DNA of 61,317 bases, counting the filler, from Globobulimina sp. (taxonomy: Eukaryota), in NCBI GenBank assembly GCA_003354225.1. It is 17 parts of 17 records of this genome, joined end to end, with 100 filler letters (N's around TTAATTAATTAA, not from the genome) between each part and the next. Parts side by side here need not be neighbours in the genome. Positions count along the whole stretch, not along the records: positions 54,198 to 57,707 come from PIVH01002626.1; positions 57,808 to 61,317 come from PIVH01002627.1; 15 more parts are not named here. One strand, given 5' to 3'. Position numbers and translations under genes: made by a program. Below are positions 56,006 to 61,317 of the stretch, piece after piece. The notes under the pieces were generated by a model. It was not told the origin of the DNA. It made no database searches and saw only the letters and a list, made by a program, of their open reading frames with translations. Every line of letters begins with the position of its first letter. Positions within the stretch are counted from its first letter, which is position 1.

Positions 56006-57223
56006 ATGGTGATGAAATGTTTTGCTTGCACGAGCCATATTAATAATACCTTTTGCATTAGAAAGTCGTACTGTAGCTGCGGTGTCGTCGCTGTATCCAA
56101 CGGGAAATGCTCGGATTGTATACACAGAGAGGAAGAGAACAAGCGAGTGTTACGTGAAAAGGCAAACGACTTAATCAAAAATATAGACAAATTGAAAAGT
56201 GAGCTACAAACAAAACAAATAGAGTCAGATGAGAATGAAAGAAAGTTTATCGAATTGAACAAAGAAATAGATATCGAAGAAAAGCAATTGATGGAAAAGT
56301 TTGATACCGAACGTAACGACCCGGCCACGCGAGTAATAATTGTGGTGGGTAATACAGGCGACGGTAAATCGACATTTTGCAACCGATTAAAAGGTGACAC
56401 ATCAAAATTTGGCAATAAAAGTATATTTATAACCAGTTCCAGTTCCAAATCATGCACTAAGCATCACACAAAATCAACGGAAAAGATTTCGGGTATTAGC
56501 ATAACAATGGTTGATACGCCAGGTTTTTATGACCCTGACGGCGAAAATATAGATAGAAGACACAGTAATTTATTATGCAAATATTTGAAGGGATGTGGTG
56601 GTATTAATGCATTTGTATTGGTCCGAAATTCTACAAATATCCGATTTGATTCAGCATTTCAAGAAATGCTGCGTTGTTATCATAAAATGTTCGGAGATGA
56701 ATTTTTTAAGCGATTAATTGTCGTTGCTACGAGAGTTGATTATAACGATGATATATTTAATGAGATGAAACAAGATATTTCGTTGAAACACGCTATTTCA
56801 AAACATTTTCGATGTGTTACAAAACTTGAATGTGATGTTCCTGTCATACCGTTTGGTATCGATAATTATAAAGATTCGATATTGAAATTAGTTGAAATTA
56901 TACCTGAGAGCAAATTTGAATGTAATGATATTTACTCACCAATCAATGATTTATATTTAAAAAAAGATTTTATTAAAACCGATGTTAATGATAAAAAAAA
57001 TGAAATAAACCGTGTGGAGTTAGAGATTAATTATATTGAAAATGAATTGAATACAGATAAACAACTTAAATTTTATTACTATGAAAAGCAAATAAATAAT
57101 TATTTGGTTGATAAAATAGGCAAAGTATATTGTCAAGCTACCAACAATGAATTAGAATCAATTGGGTGGGATAATGACAATCAGTACGAATGGATTGATA
57201 AATTTGTAGAAGATTTGAGTTAA
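56006..57223 (+). CDS. AIG1/GIMAP-type P-loop GTPase with N-terminal Cys cluster and coiled coils
   Basis: G1 VVGNTGDGKS, SCT, G3 VDTPG, GINAFVLV, G4 VATRVD; CFAC...CSC...CSDC N-terminus. Confidence 0.85.
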   Translation: MVMKCFACTSHINNTFCIRKSYCSCGVVAVSNGKCSDCIHREEENKRVLREKANDLIKNIDKLKSELQTKQIESDENERKFIELNKEIDIEEKQLMEKFDTERNDPATRVIIVVGNTGDGKSTFCNRLKGDTSKFGNKSIFITSSSSKSCTKHHTKSTEKISGISITMVDTPGFYDPDGENIDRRHSNLLCKYLKGCGGINAFVLVRNSTNIRFDSAFQEMLRCYHKMFGDEFFKRLIVVATRVDYNDDIFNEMKQDISLKHAISKHFRCVTKLECDVPVIPFGIDNYKDSILKLVEIIPESKFECNDIYSPINDLYLKKDFIKTDVNDKKNEINRVELEINYIENELNTDKQLKFYYYEKQINNYLVDKIGKVYCQATNNELESIGWDNDNQYEWIDKFVEDLS

Positions 57224-57496
57224 TTTTTTTATTTTTTATTTATAATAGATATTTGTACAATTATTTAATTTATTTAATTATATATTATATTTTAGCATTA
57301 TATTCTTCTCGATCTTTTAATCGTTTTTGTATTGATTGAAATATATACAAGGAGTTGAGTTATGTATCAAATCCATAAATCCGAGTATCTCCAGATAACG
57401 TTTCTAAATTAAACATATAATGACGCTTTTTATTATCAAATTGCAAACATAAGTACTTATAAAATAAATTTTTTGTTTAAAAACAAGTCACACTTA

Positions 57497-57707
57497 TTAT
57501 TTAGCAGTGTCTTTAAGATTTGGAGCAACGGCATTCTTATTATTACCACCTTCAATTTGTGTATATTGATCATTATCAGAAACGTTATCATTTGCATGCT
57601 GATCATTATATTTTTGAATGAAAATGAGAATTTTTTTGCGATGCCCTTTTTTGTGGATGGCCATATCGATTAAATCCTGTTCATTGATACTTTTTGTAAT
57701 TGTAATG
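57497..57707 (-). CDS. C-terminal fragment of a SAM-domain protein
   Basis: Manual translation KSINEQDLIDMAIHKKGHRKKILIFIQKY...KDTAK*. Confidence 0.7.
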
Positions 57708-57857
57708 NNNNNNNNNNNNNNNNNNNNNNNNNNNNNNNNNNNNNNNNNNNNTTAATTAATTAANNNNNNNNNNNNNNNNNNNNNNNNNNNNNNNNNNNNN
57801 NNNNNNNATTATAATTATAATATGTACTGCATAATTTACAAATTTATGATTTATTAG

Positions 57858-59680
57858 ATACGCTTCACTGTCATTTCCAGCATGGCTATGATATTGGATC
57901 AAGATTAACCATTCAAGAGCGGAAACATATTGTTGCTGTTACACAAAATGACGAAATTAAAATGGATGCTATTAATTATGTATCAATGACCCATAAAAAT
58001 AATGAATTAATCAAATTGAGTGAGATTTTACAAAACAAAACATGTCGGTATCAAAAATTTGTGAGTAATAAACGATTTGACAGAAACAATAAATTTTCTT
58101 CCAATTTTACTGCGTCATCGCATATCAAAAATGCAAAGACTGAATCAGTTGCAATTCAATCAAATGACATATGTTCGTATTCGCGCTCATTTAATTTTAA
58201 CTATTGGGCAAAATTGCAACCATTTTATCAATTTAGAGATTTCCAGCATCAACACACCAAAGGACGTTATATTCAATCTAAGGATTTGTATGTTGGGCCA
58301 AAATTTTCTTCCTTGAAAAATGAGCTGTTAAATAACAAAATACATCAAATTAATTTGTTACGTTATAGTCATGAAATGGCAAAAGCTGTCAAATATGTGA
58401 ATACAAATGAAGCAAGGAAATGTACTCCGAGTATAACAGATAATGGTTATCGAGATCTACATTACTGGCAACAGCTGCAACTAACTCAACATCATATATT
58501 GGTCATAATCATTTACTGTGGTACCAATGTTAAGTGGTGATTTTGCAGAATATATTATATTTTACGGATTTTTTTTTATTATAAACTAAAGGAGTTTCAA
58601 CGTAGATTCTCAGAGACATATCGTGCTTTGAGTAACAATGAAGATTTCGAATCAGTGAAGAAACGTCATGCAAACTTCCATCATTTTGCAAAGTATTTGA
58701 ATGAAGCTGTGACTGTATATGGAAAGGAATATTTAGCAGGAAATATCAAGATAATGTATCATGGCATCAATACAGAAATGGTGTTCGATGCTACACAATG
58801 TAGAATATTTGGCGTATTATCTACAACATCATCTTATTCAGTGGCTGTTCAATTTAGTCAGAATGTAGGAATGATTGTAGAGTTAATTCCAAATTTGCAT
58901 CTCAAGTATTTTGATTGTTGCTGGCTTTCAAGACATTCCAATGAATCTGAACTTTTGTTTGTTGGTGGCACCGCATTTATGAACTTTATCAATATTACAA
59001 ATTGTATTTATGGCTGGGAATCACGGCATTTTATAACTGCATTGAGGTATATTGATAGTATGACAAATGCCAATTATTTTAATAAAGACCCATCCATTGT
59101 TCATAAAATAGCAGAAATGGGAACAAAAGATATTGACTTGTTAGGAATAAGTGATATTTCCAATTGCATCAAATTATTGATAAAAAAACTAATAAATCAT
59201 GAATTAAACAGATATTTGCCTCAAACATATGGTAAATGGAACAAGTTACATCCATATATTGATAAATTACTGCACCAAATCTGTTTACAAAAAATCTATG
59301 TATCCATTAATTGCAAAGCTTTTGACGTTGACGTACTGAAGTTTTATCAGAATGGATATATTGGATATAAATACTTGAAATCTTTTCTATTTTTGAAAGA
59401 TGGAATAAATTTGGAGATACTGAATGCGTTGTTTCCATCATTAACCACAATGAAAATATATAATTTGACAGAAATCCAAGGTTATTTAGATAATGTCTTA
59501 AACTTTTTAAAAAATTATAAAACATCAAAAATAACACATTTTGCATTTGAAACGTATGGAAAGGAAAATATTTTGCGTTTTGGAAAATATTATCAGCAAA
59601 AATTCGATAAATTGGGTTTCTTTCAAGCATACGATCAAAGTTTAAATGGATCGAACACGATTACTATTTCTAGATATTGA
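57858..59680 (+). CDS. ADP-ribosyltransferase (ARTC-like fold) domain protein (intron 58529-58591), 5' truncated
   Basis: HILVIIIYC...FAKYLNEAV...MYHG...LSTTSSYSVAVQF...GMIVEL...YFDCCWLSRHSNESELLF. Confidence 0.75.
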
Positions 59681-59866
59681 AAATGTGATATTGTCAGAAA
59701 AGTAGTCTTTAGGATTAGTTTATGCTTTGAAAATTCCAGATGATCGAGGACATACTTTAGAATAGGACCTGTTTGAAACACTTTTCTTTTGAAATTGTAT
59801 ACATTATCCTTGCACTGCGTGTAAATCCCGATAGGATTTCAAATTAAAACTTTGTGTAGTTAAAGC

Positions 59867-60443
59867 ATGGCACAAGACGAAAAACAATCCTTAATGAAGG
59901 ATTTATCAACAGCTAGAATTATTGAGAGTGGATGGTAAAGGTTGGAATATTAACCTATTTGAGGATAAAAAGAAAATGTCAGCTGCATTGTGTGCTCATT
60001 GCAATTTGGTTTCTTATGATGCAGTAGAATTAGGTTGCGATCATGATGATGACGATATATACTCATTTTGTAGTAATTGTTTAAAACAATTGATTGAGGA
60101 TAATGACGCAAAATGTCCAATAAATACACATATGCAGCCAGTTGTAGTGGCAAGTCGATCAATTAGGAGACAGGTGTTGAAAGCAATGGTGTTATGTCCT
60201 TATTCCATAGCTGTTGCACAGTATAAATATAACAATGATGGGAAAATAGGGAAAGTACTCGACACAGCTGGCGGTCCGGGGGATGCAATGAATGATGCAA
60301 AGGAAGGCGTTTCCGAACATTATAACTCAAATAACAACAATGAAGTATGTGGTTGCCGATGGAAAGGATCATTAAAAGATTTAATAAATACACATTTAAT
60401 TGAATGCAGTAAACAAAACAATCCAACGTTTAGATTAGATTAG
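59867..60443 (+). pseudogene. TRAF-type RING/zinc-finger gene, frameshifted near 59903 and truncated
   Basis: CAHC...DAVELGCDH...FCSNC...CPINTH; VLCPY; CRWKGSLKDLINTHLIEC. The ATG 59867 exon is out of frame, and the ORF ends in (TTAGA)4. Confidence 0.65.
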
Positions 60444-60663
60444 ATTAGATGAATTTAACATAAACTATGTGAAAACACAAAGTTCAGCAATAAATATGAC
60501 ACAGTAACAATATAAGGGAGAAAAGAAAAGAAAAAAGAAAAATTTAAAAGTGTAACTGTACATAGATATGAAATAAAAATATAAATGGAAAGACACACAG
60601 TCTCACCAACACAAAGGCAAACACAAAGATAAATAATGTTTTTTTAATCGACTTATATTTCAT

Positions 60664-61315
60664 TTAAATTTTAATATTCTGTAAATTCAATACTTTAATA
60701 ATATCATAGATTCTAAACAATCTCATACAACATTCTTTCACATAATTATTGGCAGCTAAATTATCAACGCGAATCTTATTATTCGTAAATTCAATATTTA
60801 CACACAAATTGTTTAATAAATGCACATTCCAATGATTTACTATCCGATTTTTACATATTACACATCGCTTTCTATTATTTTCGTCCCATAATACTTTATG
60901 ATTACCTGTTATAAATCTAATTATTTGCGTAATCATTTTACATTCAAGTTGAAACGATTCAACATAAAAATCAATAATTTTTACATAAAAATTTGGATAT
61001 GTTTTAATTTTATCAGCATTCAATATTTTCTCTCTATTAATATTAAATATAAATTGAATTACATTATTTGCATCATCCAATACATGCACTAAGTCTCTCA
61101 AATAATATGTAATATCAATTATCGATATATAATCATTCTTTTCAGTGGTTTCATTGGATATATGTTTTTGTTTTAAATCATATATCTGCATTACATCTTT
61201 AATTTGGTAATAATAGACTTGATTACTTTGCACAACATCAAATTTATTTATTTTTCTATTATTTACCAATCTCCTCCTTATCTTTTTATTTCTCAATTTA
61301 TTTTTTAGGAGCCAT
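60664..61315 (-). CDS. Very AT-rich hypothetical protein
   Basis: 210-aa open frame. The nearest ATG (61315) is offset by one base at AAA AAA TAA. Confidence 0.4.
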   Translation of the reverse strand, partial: WLLKNKLRNKKIRRRLVNNRKINKFDVVQSNQVYYYQIKDVMQIYDLKQKHISNETTEKNDYISIIDITYYLRDLVHVLDDANNVIQFIFNINREKILNADKIKTYPNFYVKIIDFYVESFQLECKMITQIIRFITGNHKVLWDENNRKRCVICKNRIVNHWNVHLLNNLCVNIEFTNNKIRVDNLAANNYVKECCMRLFRIYDIIKVLNLQNIKI

Positions 61316-61317
61316 TT

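Noticed and set aside
60430-60449. (TTAGA)4 as a telomeric repeat
   Set aside because: Only four internal units, not at a contig end; more likely slippage at the broken end of the TRAF pseudogene.
1-61317. The window as one gene cluster or immune island (caspase, ART, AIG1, TRAF, SAM, SPRY, sterol genes)
   Set aside because: The contigs are length-sorted and joined by artificial linkers, so adjacency across linkers has no biological meaning.

Overview
This is not one locus. It is 17 unrelated ~3.5-kb contigs sorted by decreasing length (3515 to 3510 bp) and joined by an artificial 100-bp linker (44 N + TTAATTAATTAA + 44 N), so gene neighbourhood only means something within a contig. The DNA is AT-rich, gene-dense and eukaryotic. 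It has short GT-AG introns (mostly 37-93 bp) and uses the standard code. The family mix (SAM, SPRY, MATH/TRAF-RING, caspase-like, AIG1 GTPase, ART-fold, mucin-stalk receptors) suggests a foraminiferan/rhizarian; this is an inference. Recognisable genes: Patched/NPC1-like SSD protein, non-LTR retrotransposon RNase H, SLC12A9-like transporter, DHCR24-like reductase, mitoribosomal bL9m and uL10m, PqiA-like protein, AP-1 gamma adaptin, sulfotransferase, anoctamin, caspase-like protease, DHX37, DUF229, POP1 and trehalase. Most notable observations: (1) an ADP-ribosyltransferase-fold protein with an H-S-E rather than R-S-E triad, next to a TRAF-type RING gene; (2) bL9m and uL10m head-to-head with only 31 bp between start codons, part of a generally ultra-compact gene spacing; (3) an in-frame fusion of a bacterial-looking Hsp33-like N-terminus with an RBS-like motif to a host SPRY domain (HGT or amplification chimera); (4) a RING + AT-hook + zf-4CXXC_R1 chromatin protein; (5) a signal-peptide PPR-like protein; (6) a receptor family sharing an unnamed ectodomain; (7) single-base frameshifts and a nonsense codon confined to lineage-specific genes. 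All domain calls come from motif recognition by eye; no searches were run.
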